A DNA stretch of 64,000 bases from Armatimonadota bacterium (GTDB lineage: Bacteria > Sysuimicrobiota > Sysuimicrobiia > Sysuimicrobiales > Kaftiobacteriaceae). Position 1 is the stretch's first letter; each line of letters begins with the position of its first letter. The translations under genes were made by a program, and so were the position numbers. Positions 38,253-47,427 of this stretch are shown here, in pieces. The notes beneath the pieces are model-generated. The model did not search any database and was not told where the DNA came from. It saw only the letters and a program-made list of their open reading frames with translations. Where the stretch lies: assembly GCA_037440005.1 (NCBI GenBank), contig JBBIUY010000007.1:37222-101221 (forward strand), in the 5' to 3' direction.

Positions 38253-39285
38253 GCGGACGGCACGCGCAGCGCGCCTGCCCGCTGGGGCGGGCGAGGTCGG
38301 CTCCTACCTGGTGGCCGTGGCGGCCGCCTTTGCGGCGGTGGGGGCGTTTCTGGCGGTCCTGGGGTTTGACGTGCCCCGGGCGTACGGCACCATCCTGTTC
38401 ACGTCGTTCCGGACCGTCAACGGGTTTGTGCAGACCCTGCTCAAGTTCATCCCGATCCTGCTGCTGGCGCTGGCCTTCACGGTCCCCCTGGCCGCCTGGA
38501 AGTTCAACATCGGGGGCGAGGGCCAGCTCATCGCCGGCGCCGTCGGCGCCGCGGCGGCGGGTATCCTCCTGGCGGGCCTGCCGGCGGTGGTGCTGCTGCC
38601 GGCGGTGATCGTGAGCGGGACGGCGGCGGGCGCCCTGTGGGCGGCCGTCCCGGCGTGGCTGCTGTACCGCTTCGGCATCAACGAGATCCTCACCACGGTG
38701 CTGATGAACTTCGTGTCCTTCGGCGTCATGGACTACGCCGCCACCGAGGGATGGCCCGACACCGCCGCCGGCCACCCCACCACGGTGCCCATCGGCTCTG
38801 GTGGCCGCCTCCCGCTGCTGGTGGCCAGCCCGCCCCTGCACGCCGGGATCCTGGTGGCCCTGGCCGCCGCGGCGGCGGTGTCCGCGTACCTGTACCGGAC
38901 GGCCGGGGGCTACGAACTGCGGGCCGCCGGCGCCAACGCCCGCGCGGCGTTGCTGCACGGGATCGCCGTCCACCGCATCGCCCCGCTGGCGCTGGTCCTG
39001 GGGGGCGCGCTGGCCGGGCTGGCCGGCGCCATCGAGGTGGCGGGCGTGCACCACCGCCTCATCGAGGGCGTGCAGTCCAACTACCTGCTGCTGAGCATCC
39101 TGGTCGGGCTGCTGGCCCGGGGGAATGTGTGGGCGGTGCCGGGGGTGGCGTTCGCCATCGCGGTCCTGGACGTGGGTGCCCGCGCCATGCAGCGCACCAT
39201 GATGATCCCCGTGGACGTGGTCTTCGTGGTGGAAGGGTTGGTCCTGATCTTCGTGCTGCTCTCCGACGTGGTACGCCGGAGGTGA
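38245..39285 (+). CDS. Nucleoside ABC permease (start possibly CTG 38245; first GTG 38311)
   Basis: FNIGGEGQ, NEILTTVLMN, GYELRAAG, GLAGAIEVAG. Confidence 0.88.
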   Translation: MGERTARAARLPAGAGEVGSYLVAVAAAFAAVGAFLAVLGFDVPRAYGTILFTSFRTVNGFVQTLLKFIPILLLALAFTVPLAAWKFNIGGEGQLIAGAVGAAAAGILLAGLPAVVLLPAVIVSGTAAGALWAAVPAWLLYRFGINEILTTVLMNFVSFGVMDYAATEGWPDTAAGHPTTVPIGSGGRLPLLVASPPLHAGILVALAAAAAVSAYLYRTAGGYELRAAGANARAALLHGIAVHRIAPLALVLGGALAGLAGAIEVAGVHHRLIEGVQSNYLLLSILVGLLARGNVWAVPGVAFAIAVLDVGARAMQRTMMIPVDVVFVVEGLVLIFVLLSDVVRRR

Positions 39286-39291
39286 CCGGCC

Positions 39292-40227
39292 ACGGACGCG
39301 GTGGTGACCTTTGCGCGGCTGGTGATGCTGACGCTGGTGCCCTATGTGCTGGCCGGCCAGGGGACGATGCTGGCCGGGCGGGCCGGGGTGTTCAACGTCG
39401 CCCAGGAGGGCATCATGCTGGCCGGCGCGTCGGTGGGCTTCCTGGGGGCGTACCTGTCCGGCGGCAATCTGGTCGAGGGGATCCTGCTGGCCGTGGCGGC
39501 GGGCGGGCTGTTCGGGCTGGTCCTGGCCTACTTCACCACCACCCTGCGGATGGACCAGTTCGTGGTGGGGCTGGCGCTGTTCTTCATCGGCCTGGCCCTG
39601 TCCACGCTGCTGTACCGGCTGGCCATCGGGGTCACCCTGACCCCGCCCCTCATCCCCACCCTGCGGGACATCCCGGTGCCCGGGCTCAGCCGTCTGCCGG
39701 TGGCGGGGGAGGTGTTCTTCCGCCACAACGCGCTGGTCTACGGGGCGGTGGTCCTGTCGGCGGTCCTGTACCTGGTCCTCTACCACACGGGCCCGGGGCT
39801 GGCGCTGCAGGCGGTGGGCGAGAACCCCATGGCGGCGGACAGCCTGGGCGTCAACGTGGCCCGGGTGCGCTACGTGACCACGGTGGCGGGGGCGATGCTG
39901 ATCGGGCTGGCCGGCGCCTACCTGCCCATGGTGTACACGGCCACCTTCACCGACGGCATCGTGCGCGGGCGCGGGTGGCTGTCCATCGCCCTGACTTTCT
40001 TCGGAGGGTGGAGCCCGCACCTGATCCTGCTGGGGGCGCTGTTCTTCGCCGCCGTGGAGGTCCTGGCGTTCCGCGTGCAGGTCACCGGCGTGGGCGTGCC
40101 CTACCAGCTGATCCTCATGCTGCCGTATCTGGCCACCATGGCGGTGATGATGCCCACCTTCCGCCGGCTGCGGGTGCCGGCATTTCTGGGCCGCAACTAC
40201 GACCGCGAGCGCCGGGTGCAGGTGTAG
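39292..40227 (+). CDS. Nucleoside ABC permease (start possibly ACG 39292; first GTG 39301)
   Basis: RAGVFNVAQEGIM, AVGENPMAADSLGVNV, GRGWLSIA, LPYLAT. Confidence 0.9.
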   Translation, partial: TDAVVTFARLVMLTLVPYVLAGQGTMLAGRAGVFNVAQEGIMLAGASVGFLGAYLSGGNLVEGILLAVAAGGLFGLVLAYFTTTLRMDQFVVGLALFFIGLALSTLLYRLAIGVTLTPPLIPTLRDIPVPGLSRLPVAGEVFFRHNALVYGAVVLSAVLYLVLYHTGPGLALQAVGENPMAADSLGVNVARVRYVTTVAGAMLIGLAGAYLPMVYTATFTDGIVRGRGWLSIALTFFGGWSPHLILLGALFFAAVEVLAFRVQVTGVGVPYQLILMLPYLATMAVMMPTFRRLRVPAFLGRNYDRERRVQV

Positions 40228-40244
40228 AACTCGAAGGTGGCAAG

Positions 40245-40395
40245 GCCCCCCGCCCGCGTCTTCTCCCCAAAGGGGCGAGGAGGAAAAGAATTGAGGCCCC
40301 TGATGGGGGCCGGGGCCTCTCGTCACGCCCCTCACCTGTGTCCTCTCCCCAAAGGGGCGAGGAGAAAAAGGATTGAGGCCCCTGACGGGGCCTCT
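40245..40395. repeat. Two REP-like units at 82-bp period
   Basis: CTCCCCAAAGGGGCGAGGAG...ATTGAGGCCCCTGA occurs twice, each with short hairpins. Confidence 0.75.
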
Positions 40396-40404
40396 CCACC
40401 GTCC

Positions 40405-40826
40405 CTGGAGCGGGCGATGGGATTTGAACCCCCGGCCGTCGCTCGCTCTCGGCCTGGTGGCCGGCTCGCTCCTCGGAGGGGCTAGCCCCTCCGATTCCTC
40501 CCCTTACCACCTGGGGGAGCTGGCGCTCCCCCGCACCCCCCCTCGGCCGTGGGTTCAAATCGTCTCGCGGAAATACGAATCAGCGTGGGATCACACACCG
40601 ACCCCGCGCTGATTTCTGGAGCGGGCGATGGGATTTGAACCCCCGGCCGTCGCTCGCTCTCGGCCTGGTGGCCGGCTCGCTCCTCGGAGGGGCTAGCCCC
40701 TCCGATTCCTCCCCTTACCACCTGGGGGAGCTGGCGCTCCCCCGCACCCCCCCTCGGCCGTGGGTTCAAATCGTCTCGCGGAAATACGAATCAGCGTGGG
40801 ATCACACACCGACCCCGCGCTGATTT
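40405..40826 (-). repeat. Two identical 211-bp tRNA-linked tandem repeats, each ending in the tRNA-Gly 3' end
   Basis: 40405-40615 equals 40616-40826. TGGAGCGGGCGATGGGATTTGAACCC occurs at 40406, 40617 and 40828. Confidence 0.95.
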
Positions 40827-40827
40827 C

Positions 40828-40902
40828 TGGAGCGGGCGATGGGATTTGAACCCACGGCCCTCGGCTTGGGAAGCCGATGCTCTACCCCTGAGCTACGCCC
40901 GC
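40828..40902 (-). tRNA. tRNA-Gly (anticodon CCC), encoded CCA
   Basis: GCGGGCG acceptor, TCGGC-TTCCCAA-GCCGA, GTGGG-TTCAAAT-CCCAT, U73-CCA. TATAAT at 40916-40921. Confidence 0.97.
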
Positions 40903-41037
40903 TCGCCCTGGCAGCATTATACTACGGTTTCCGTCGGCCGCCTTCCTCCGTCAGCCCGTCCCTGTGACGGCCATCACTGCTCCGCCGGGGATCTGCCACT
41001 ATCGTCAGGACATAGGCACCGTGGAGGAGGAACCGAC

Positions 41038-41238
41038 ATGGACGGCTCCCTGCTGGCGGTCCTGGGCATCGCGCTGCCGGTCGTCGTGTGGATTTTCTCC
41101 CTGACGCCCCGGGACGTTCGGGACATCCCGGTCAGCAAGGAGGAGGTTCTGGCCCTCCGGGGAGTCCGCTGGCCCGACCGGCCGGCGGTCCGCGCCGGCC
41201 CCCCCGGCCGGGGAATGATCCGCCGCCGTCGCGGGTAG
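41038..41238 (+). CDS. Small single-TM hypothetical protein, 66 aa
   Basis: [33 protein letters not shown] followed by a basic tail. Confidence 0.6.
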   Translation: MDGSLLAVLGIALPVVVWIFSLTPRDVRDIPVSKEEVLALRGVRWPDRPAVRAGPPGRGMIRRRRG

Positions 41239-41699
41239 AGATATCGGTGGAATGAGGACGACGCGCACCGCCCCTCCATCCGGCTGGCTGGGCCACCGGG
41301 GCATCCCCCGCCCGGCCGTGGTCCGGCGCGAGCACCGGTCCGCCCCCGCCGACGGCCTGGACTGCCTGCTGGCCATCTGGATCGCCCAGGCCATGCTGGA
41401 CGGCCCCTCCCCGCGCCTGCCGCGGCGGCGCCTCCGGCAGGAACCCTCCGGGGCGGCCGCGAAATCCCCCCACAGCACCGGGACGCCCTGAGCCGTCCCT
41501 TCCGACCTTCCTGCAGCAGCCGCACGTCGCAGTCGCACGTCCTGGCGCGGTGACCTGCGTGGTCTGGACGCGGGTGCGCGCAACCCGAAGGCCGGGGAGT
41601 GTGGCGGACGACGCAGGATGTCCGTACGAGAGCGGGCGCGGCCCATCAAGCGGGCGGCGCCCGCGGTGTTGGTGAGCCGGCGCATCGGGGGGTGAGAGG

Positions 41700-42236
41700 G
41701 TGAAGATCCCGATCTCCGTGACCGTCAACGGTGTCACCTACCAGCACGAGGTGGAACCGCGCCTGCTGCTGGTTTACTACCTGCGGGACGTCCTGGGCCT
41801 CACCGGCACCCACATCGGGTGCGACACCACCTCCTGCGGGGCGTGCACCGTGCTGATGGACGGGCTGGCCGTCAAGTCCTGCACGCTCCTGGCGGTGCAG
41901 GCCGACGGCGCCGACATCCTGACCGTGGAGGGCCTGGCCCAGGACGGCAGGCTCCATCCCATTCAGGAAGGGTTCTGGGAGGAGCACGGGCTGCAGTGCG
42001 GATTCTGCACGCCCGGCATGATGCTCACGGCGCTGCAGATTCTGGAGCGCCACCCCGACCCCACCGACGAGCAGATCCGGCACGGCCTGGAGGGCAACCT
42101 CTGCCGGTGCACCGGCTACCAGCACATCGTCAACTCCATCAAGGCCGCGGCGCGCAAGCTCAAAGAGCACCAGATGCCCGCCATCCCCCGGCGCGCGGCG
42201 GCTCCGGTGAGTGGAGGCGCAAAGGAGGGGGACTGA
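41700..42236 (+). CDS. coxS: Molybdenum hydroxylase small [2Fe-2S] subunit
   Basis: GCDTTSCGACT, QCGFCTPG, GNLCRCTGY. Confidence 0.93.
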   Translation: MKIPISVTVNGVTYQHEVEPRLLLVYYLRDVLGLTGTHIGCDTTSCGACTVLMDGLAVKSCTLLAVQADGADILTVEGLAQDGRLHPIQEGFWEEHGLQCGFCTPGMMLTALQILERHPDPTDEQIRHGLEGNLCRCTGYQHIVNSIKAAARKLKEHQMPAIPRRAAAPVSGGAKEGD

Positions 42237-42237
42237 C

Positions 42238-44598
42238 ATGGCTGTGACCACACTGTTCGGCGCCAGCGTCCGCCGCCGCGAAGACCCCCGGCTGGTCACG
42301 GGGCGGGCCACCTACACCGACGACATCCGCCTGCCGGGGCTGCTGCACGCCGTCTTCGTCCGCAGCCCCCACGCCCACGCCCGCATCCGCCGCGTGGACG
42401 TCAGCGCCGCCCGACGGGTGCCCGGGGTGGTGGCGGTGTTCACCGGGGCCGACCTGGCGGGCAAGGTGAACCCTCTGCCCTGCGCGTGGCTGGTGCCCAA
42501 CGCCGACCTGAAGACCCCGCCCCACCCGGCCCTGGCCACCGACCGGGTCCGCTACGCGGGCGACGCGGTGGCGGTGGTGGTGGCCGAGGACCGCGCCGCA
42601 GCCCGGGACGCGGCCGCCCTGGTGCAGGTGGATTACGAGGTGCTGCCGGCGGTGGTGGACGCCGAGAAGGCCGTCCGGCCCGGCGCGCCCCGGCTGCACG
42701 ACGACGTCCCGGACAACGTCGCCTTCCGGTGGAAGGTCTCCGGCGGCGACGTCGCCGGGGCGTTCGCCTCAGCCGACCGGGTGATCCGCCAGCGTCTGGT
42801 CAACCAGCGGCTGATTCCCAACGCCATGGAGACCCGGGCGGCGGTGGCCGACTACCGCGCCGCCACCGGCGAACTGACCCTGTGGGTCACCAGCCAGAAC
42901 CCCCACATCCACCGGGTGATCCTCTCGGGGGTGCTGGGGATCCCCGAGCACCGGCTGCGGGTGATCGCTCCGGAGGTGGGCGGCGGCTTCGGCAGCAAGA
43001 TCTTCGTGTACCCCGACGAGGCCGTGGTGGCCTTCTGCGCCCGGGAACTGGCCCGGCCCGTCAAGTGGGTGGAGGACCGGCGGGAGAACTACCTGATCAG
43101 CGCCCACGGCCGCGACCACGTCACCGAGGTGGAGCTGGCCGTGCGGTCGGACGGCACCCTGCTGGGGCTGCGGGGGCGCACCTTCGCCAACCTGGGCGCG
43201 TACCTGTCCACGGCGGCCCCGGGCATCCCCACCATCCTCCACGGGCTGATGCTGTCGGGGGCGTACCAGCTCCCGGCGGTAGACTACGAGGTGGTGGGGG
43301 TGTTCACCAACACCACCCCCGTGGACGCCTATCGGGGAGCCGGCCGTCCCGAGGCGACCTACATCGTCGAGCGGCTGATGGATCTGGCCGCCCGGGAGCT
43401 GGGGCTGGACCCGCTGGAGATGCGCCGGCGCAACTTCATCCCGCCCGACCGGTTTCCCTACACCACCGTCACGGGGCTCTCCTACGACAGCGGCGACTAC
43501 GCCCGGGCCCTGGACACCGCGATGCGGATGCTGGAGTACGAGCGGTGGCGGGACGAGCAGCGCCGGGCGCGCCAGCAGGGCCGCTACCTGGGCATCGGCG
43601 CCAGCTGTTACGTGGAGATCTGCGGCCTGGGCCCCTCCCCGGTGGCGGGGGCGGTGGGCTTCCAGGGCGGCCTGTGGGGCAGCGCCGTGGTGCGGGTGCA
43701 CCCCACCGGCAAGGTGAACGTGTTCATCGGCGAAAAGCCCCACGGCCAGGGGGAGGAGACCACCTTCGCCCAGGTGGTGGCCGACGAGCTGCAGGTGCCC
43801 ATCGACGACGTGCAGGTGATCTACGGGGACACGGCCCTCACGCCCATGGGGTGGGGCACCTACGGCAGCCGCACCACGCCCGTGGGCAGCGCCGCCTGCG
43901 TGCTGGCGGCCCGCAAGATCGTGGACAAAGCCCGCCGGATCGCCGCCCACCTGCTGGAGGCCTCGGAGGCGGACATCGTCTACGACGGCGGCCGGTTCTC
44001 CGTGCGCGGCTCCCCCGAGCGGGCCAAGACGTTTCAGGAGGTCACCCTGCAGGCCTACCTGGCCTGGAACCTGCCGGCGGGGATGGAGCCGGGGCTGGAG
44101 GCGTCGGCGTTCTACGACCCGCCCAACTTCACCTACCCCTTCGGGACCCACCTGTGCGTGGTGGAGGTGGACCCCGAGACCGGTCAGGTGCAGATCCTCC
44201 GCTACGTGGCCGTGGACGACTGCGGCCGGGTGATCAACCCGCTCATCGTGGACGGGCAGGTGCACGGCGGCATCACCCAGGGGCTGGCTCAGGCCCTGCA
44301 GGAGGCGGCGGTGTACGACGACGGGGGCCAGCTGCTGACGGCCTCGATGCTGGAGTACCCGGTGCCCAAGGCCTCTCAGGTGCCGGTGTACCTCACGGCC
44401 CGCACCGAAACGCCCTCCCCGCACCACCCGCTGGGGGTCAAGGGGGTGGGCGAGACCGGCACCATCGCCGCCACCCCGACGGTGGTGAACGCGGTGATGG
44501 ACGCCCTGCAGCCGCTGGGGGTCCGCCATCTGGACATGCCGCTGACGCCGTCCCGCATCTGGCAGGCGATCCAGCGGGCGAAAGGAGGGGCCCGATGA
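42238..44598 (+). CDS. coxL: Molybdenum hydroxylase large subunit, form II CoxL/CutL-like
   Basis: [48 protein letters not shown]. Confidence 0.92.
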   Translation: MAVTTLFGASVRRREDPRLVTGRATYTDDIRLPGLLHAVFVRSPHAHARIRRVDVSAARRVPGVVAVFTGADLAGKVNPLPCAWLVPNADLKTPPHPALATDRVRYAGDAVAVVVAEDRAAARDAAALVQVDYEVLPAVVDAEKAVRPGAPRLHDDVPDNVAFRWKVSGGDVAGAFASADRVIRQRLVNQRLIPNAMETRAAVADYRAATGELTLWVTSQNPHIHRVILSGVLGIPEHRLRVIAPEVGGGFGSKIFVYPDEAVVAFCARELARPVKWVEDRRENYLISAHGRDHVTEVELAVRSDGTLLGLRGRTFANLGAYLSTAAPGIPTILHGLMLSGAYQLPAVDYEVVGVFTNTTPVDAYRGAGRPEATYIVERLMDLAARELGLDPLEMRRRNFIPPDRFPYTTVTGLSYDSGDYARALDTAMRMLEYERWRDEQRRARQQGRYLGIGASCYVEICGLGPSPVAGAVGFQGGLWGSAVVRVHPTGKVNVFIGEKPHGQGEETTFAQVVADELQVPIDDVQVIYGDTALTPMGWGTYGSRTTPVGSAACVLAARKIVDKARRIAAHLLEASEADIVYDGGRFSVRGSPERAKTFQEVTLQAYLAWNLPAGMEPGLEASAFYDPPNFTYPFGTHLCVVEVDPETGQVQILRYVAVDDCGRVINPLIVDGQVHGGITQGLAQALQEAAVYDDGGQLLTASMLEYPVPKASQVPVYLTARTETPSPHHPLGVKGVGETGTIAATPTVVNAVMDALQPLGVRHLDMPLTPSRIWQAIQRAKGGAR

Positions 44599-45458
44599 TT
44601 CCCGCCCAGTTCGAGTACCACCGGCCGACGTCCCTCACCGAGGCGCTGCAGCTGCTGCAGCGGCTGCCCGAGGCGCGGCTGCTGGCGGGCGGCCACAGCC
44701 TGCTGCCCATGATGAAGCTGCGGCTGGTCACCCCCGCGCACCTGATTGACCTGGGTCGCCTGGGCGACCTGCGGTACATCCGGGAGGAGGGGGGCGCGGT
44801 GGCCATCGGGGCGCTGGCGACCCACTGGATGGTGGAGTCCTCGCCCCTGGTGCGCCAGAAGGCGCCGGTGCTGGCCGAGGCCGCGGGCCGCATCGGCGAC
44901 GTGCAGGTCCGCAACGTGGGCACCATCGGCGGCAGCCTGGCCCACGCCGATCCGGCGGCCGACTACCCGGCGGCCGTCCTGGCCCTGGAGGCCCAGCTGG
45001 TCGCCGAGGGACCCGCCGGTTCCCGCACGATTCCCGCCACCGAGTTCTTCACCGGGATGTTCACCACGGCGCTGCGCCCCGACGAGATCCTCACCCGGGT
45101 GACGGTGCCGCCCCTGCCCGCGCGCACCGGCGGGGCCTACCTGAAGTTCCCGCACCCGGCGTCGGGGTTTGCGGTAGTGGGTGTGGCGGCGGTGGTGACC
45201 CTGGACGGCCGGGCGCGCTGCGAGCGCGCCCGCATCGGCATCACCGGGGTGGGCCCGACCGCCTACCGGGCCCGGGCGGTGGAGGACGCGCTGGCCGGCG
45301 CCGCTCTGGACGAGAAGACCGTGGCGGCGGCCGCCGGACTGGCCGCCCAGGGCGTCGACGTCAACGAGGACCTGTTCGCCTCCGCCGACTACCGCGCTCA
45401 TCTGGCCCAGGTGTTCACCCGGCGGGCGGTGCTGGCGGCGGCGGAGCGGGCCAGGTAG
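44595..45458 (+). CDS. coxM: Molybdenum hydroxylase FAD medium subunit
   Basis: [37 protein letters not shown]. Confidence 0.93.
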   Translation: MIPAQFEYHRPTSLTEALQLLQRLPEARLLAGGHSLLPMMKLRLVTPAHLIDLGRLGDLRYIREEGGAVAIGALATHWMVESSPLVRQKAPVLAEAAGRIGDVQVRNVGTIGGSLAHADPAADYPAAVLALEAQLVAEGPAGSRTIPATEFFTGMFTTALRPDEILTRVTVPPLPARTGGAYLKFPHPASGFAVVGVAAVVTLDGRARCERARIGITGVGPTAYRARAVEDALAGAALDEKTVAAAAGLAAQGVDVNEDLFASADYRAHLAQVFTRRAVLAAAERAR

Positions 45459-45514
45459 AGGGGCAGGAGGGCGGATCGGCCGGGGCGTGGCCGCGTGGCT
45501 GCGCCCCGGTCCGT

Positions 45515-46180
45515 TCAGAGCGAGTGCTGCGCGGACGCCGCGGCGGCGAACGTGCGTCGGATCCAGCGGGAGATCCCGGCCGCGTCGTCGGCGCTCAGGC
45601 CGTGTCCGCCGGGACGCCACTCCACCGCCACCTCGGCACCCGCCTGCCGCAGCACCTCCGCCAGTTCGCGGGTCCGCTCTTCCGGGACCAGGGGGTCGTC
45701 CCGCCCGCCGGCGATGTAGACCGCCCGCCCCCGCAGGTCCGGCAGGATCGCAGGCCGCAGGGGCAGCATCGGGCGCAGTAGCGCCGCGCCGGCCAGCACC
45801 TGCGGCCGCAGCAGCAGCACGGCCGCGGCCATGTTGGCGCCGTTGGAGTAGCCCACCGCCACCACCTGGGCGGGGTCGCGCCCGTAGGCGCGGCAGGCGT
45901 CGAGGACGAAGTCGGCGAGCTCGCGGGCGCGGCGGACCAGGTCCTCCTGGTCGAACACCCCCTGGTCCAGCCGGCGGAAAAACCGGTGCAGGCCGCGCTC
46001 GAGGACCTGGCCCCGCGGGCTCAGCAGGGCCGCCCCGGGGGATGCGGCCCGCCCCAGGGGGATCAGGTCGTTCTCGTCGCCTCCGGTGCCGTGCAGCAGC
46101 AGCAGCGTCAGCGCCACCCCGGGCGCGCCCGGCTCGAACCGGTGGACAAACCCCGCCGGCGGCTGTGCCGTCGCAGGCAT
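45515..46180 (-). CDS. Alpha/beta hydrolase (MhqD-like carboxylesterase)
   Basis: LLHGTGG, GYSNGA, DPLV, GGH. Confidence 0.9.
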   Translation of the reverse strand: MPATAQPPAGFVHRFEPGAPGVALTLLLLHGTGGDENDLIPLGRAASPGAALLSPRGQVLERGLHRFFRRLDQGVFDQEDLVRRARELADFVLDACRAYGRDPAQVVAVGYSNGANMAAAVLLLRPQVLAGAALLRPMLPLRPAILPDLRGRAVYIAGGRDDPLVPEERTRELAEVLRQAGAEVAVEWRPGGHGLSADDAAGISRWIRRTFAAAASAQHSL

Positions 46181-46186
46181 CGGCCT

Positions 46187-47170
46187 CTACCCGGAGGTGC
46201 GGGCCCGCACCGGGCGGAGAAAACGCGGCAGCGTGATGGGAATCAGGGCTCCCTCGATCTGCGCGCGGTGGGGTTCCAGCCACGGCGGCAGCACCAGCCG
46301 GGACCCCAGCTCGTCTACGGCCTCGTCCACCGCAAACCCCGGCCCGTCGGTGGCGATCTCGAACAGCACCCCGCCGGGCTCGCGGAAGTAGATGGAGTGG
46401 AACCAGAACCGGTCGATGATGTCGCTGACCGGCACGCCGAGCACACGGATCCGCTCCCACCAGGCGCGCTGGTCGTCGTCGGTGGGCGTGCGCCAGGCCA
46501 CGTGGTGAATCGTCCCCACCGCCACCCGACCGGCCCGGGCGGGGGAGTCCACCACCACGTCCAGCCATGCGCCCGAGCCGCCCGGGCCCACCGCAAAGCG
46601 CGTCCGGTCCCCTTCAACGGCCACGGACCGGAAGCCCAGCGGCCCGGTCAGGAACGGCACCGTGGGTTCGGCGGCGGCCTCGGTGAGGGTGACGGCGTGG
46701 ATGCCCCGGACGGCGTGCTCCCGGGGCACCGGTCCGTCCTCCCAGAACACCCACGGCCGGTCCTCCGCGTCAGGGGCGGCGACCAGTTCCACGGTCTGGC
46801 CGTGGGGGTCGGTGAACGTCAGCACCTGCTCGTCAAAGCGGCGGACGGGGCCGCGCACCTCCACCCCCGCCGACGTCAGGCGGTCCCTCCAGAACGCCTG
46901 CGAGCCGGGCGGCACGGTTAGGGCCACCGCCGCCGCCTGGCCGGCGCCGACCCGCCCGCGGGGGCCGCCCGGCCAGGCGAAGAACGTCAGGTCGGTCCCC
47001 GGCGTGCCCACCGCGTCGGCGTAGAACAGGTGGTAGGTGCCCGGGTCGTCCTGGTTGACCGACCGTTTGACCAGGCGCAACCCCAGCACGCCCGCGTAGA
47101 AGTCGACGTTCTCCTGGGGGTGCCCGCAGATGGCGGTGACGTGGTGAATGCCCCCCAGCGGTGTCTCCAT
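46187..47170 (-). CDS. VOC ring-cleaving dioxygenase (MhqO-like)
   Basis: GIHHVTA, VNQDDPGTYHLFY, HHVAWR, SIYFREPGGVLFEIATDGPGF. Confidence 0.93.
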   Translation of the reverse strand: METPLGGIHHVTAICGHPQENVDFYAGVLGLRLVKRSVNQDDPGTYHLFYADAVGTPGTDLTFFAWPGGPRGRVGAGQAAAVALTVPPGSQAFWRDRLTSAGVEVRGPVRRFDEQVLTFTDPHGQTVELVAAPDAEDRPWVFWEDGPVPREHAVRGIHAVTLTEAAAEPTVPFLTGPLGFRSVAVEGDRTRFAVGPGGSGAWLDVVVDSPARAGRVAVGTIHHVAWRTPTDDDQRAWWERIRVLGVPVSDIIDRFWFHSIYFREPGGVLFEIATDGPGFAVDEAVDELGSRLVLPPWLEPHRAQIEGALIPITLPRFLRPVRARTSG

Positions 47171-47427
47171 GGGTCATCCTCCCTCAATGCGCCGCGAGCC
47201 GATCCCGGGCGCCCGACTGCCGCCCGGACGAAAGTGATGTCTGCCGCCCGCCCCGCGCACTCCTGCAGATCGTCCGGCCGTAACTTTTCAATATAACAGG
47301 AGAGGGTCGGTCCGGCCTGCTACCATAGGGAACGGCGCCGGCCGGGGCCGTATTCCCCGCGCCGTTCACACGGTCGCTACACGGGCGGGTCACGCTGTGG
47401 TGGAGAGTTCTCCCCGGGAGGGACCAG

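Noticed and set aside
40115..40823. Short ORFs within the tandem repeats
   Set aside because: No RBS, present on both strands, and explained by the repeat sequence.
40405..40860. tRNA 3' duplicates as att sites of a prophage or island, or as CRISPR
   Set aside because: Only about 180 non-coding bp separate the copies, the intervening sequences are identical, and there is no integrase.
41252..41491. 79-aa ORF MRTTRTAPP
   Set aside because: Weak RBS and no motif; cannot be supported.
42238..44598. True aerobic CO dehydrogenase (form I)
   Set aside because: Lacks AYxCSFR, and the gene order is S-L-M.
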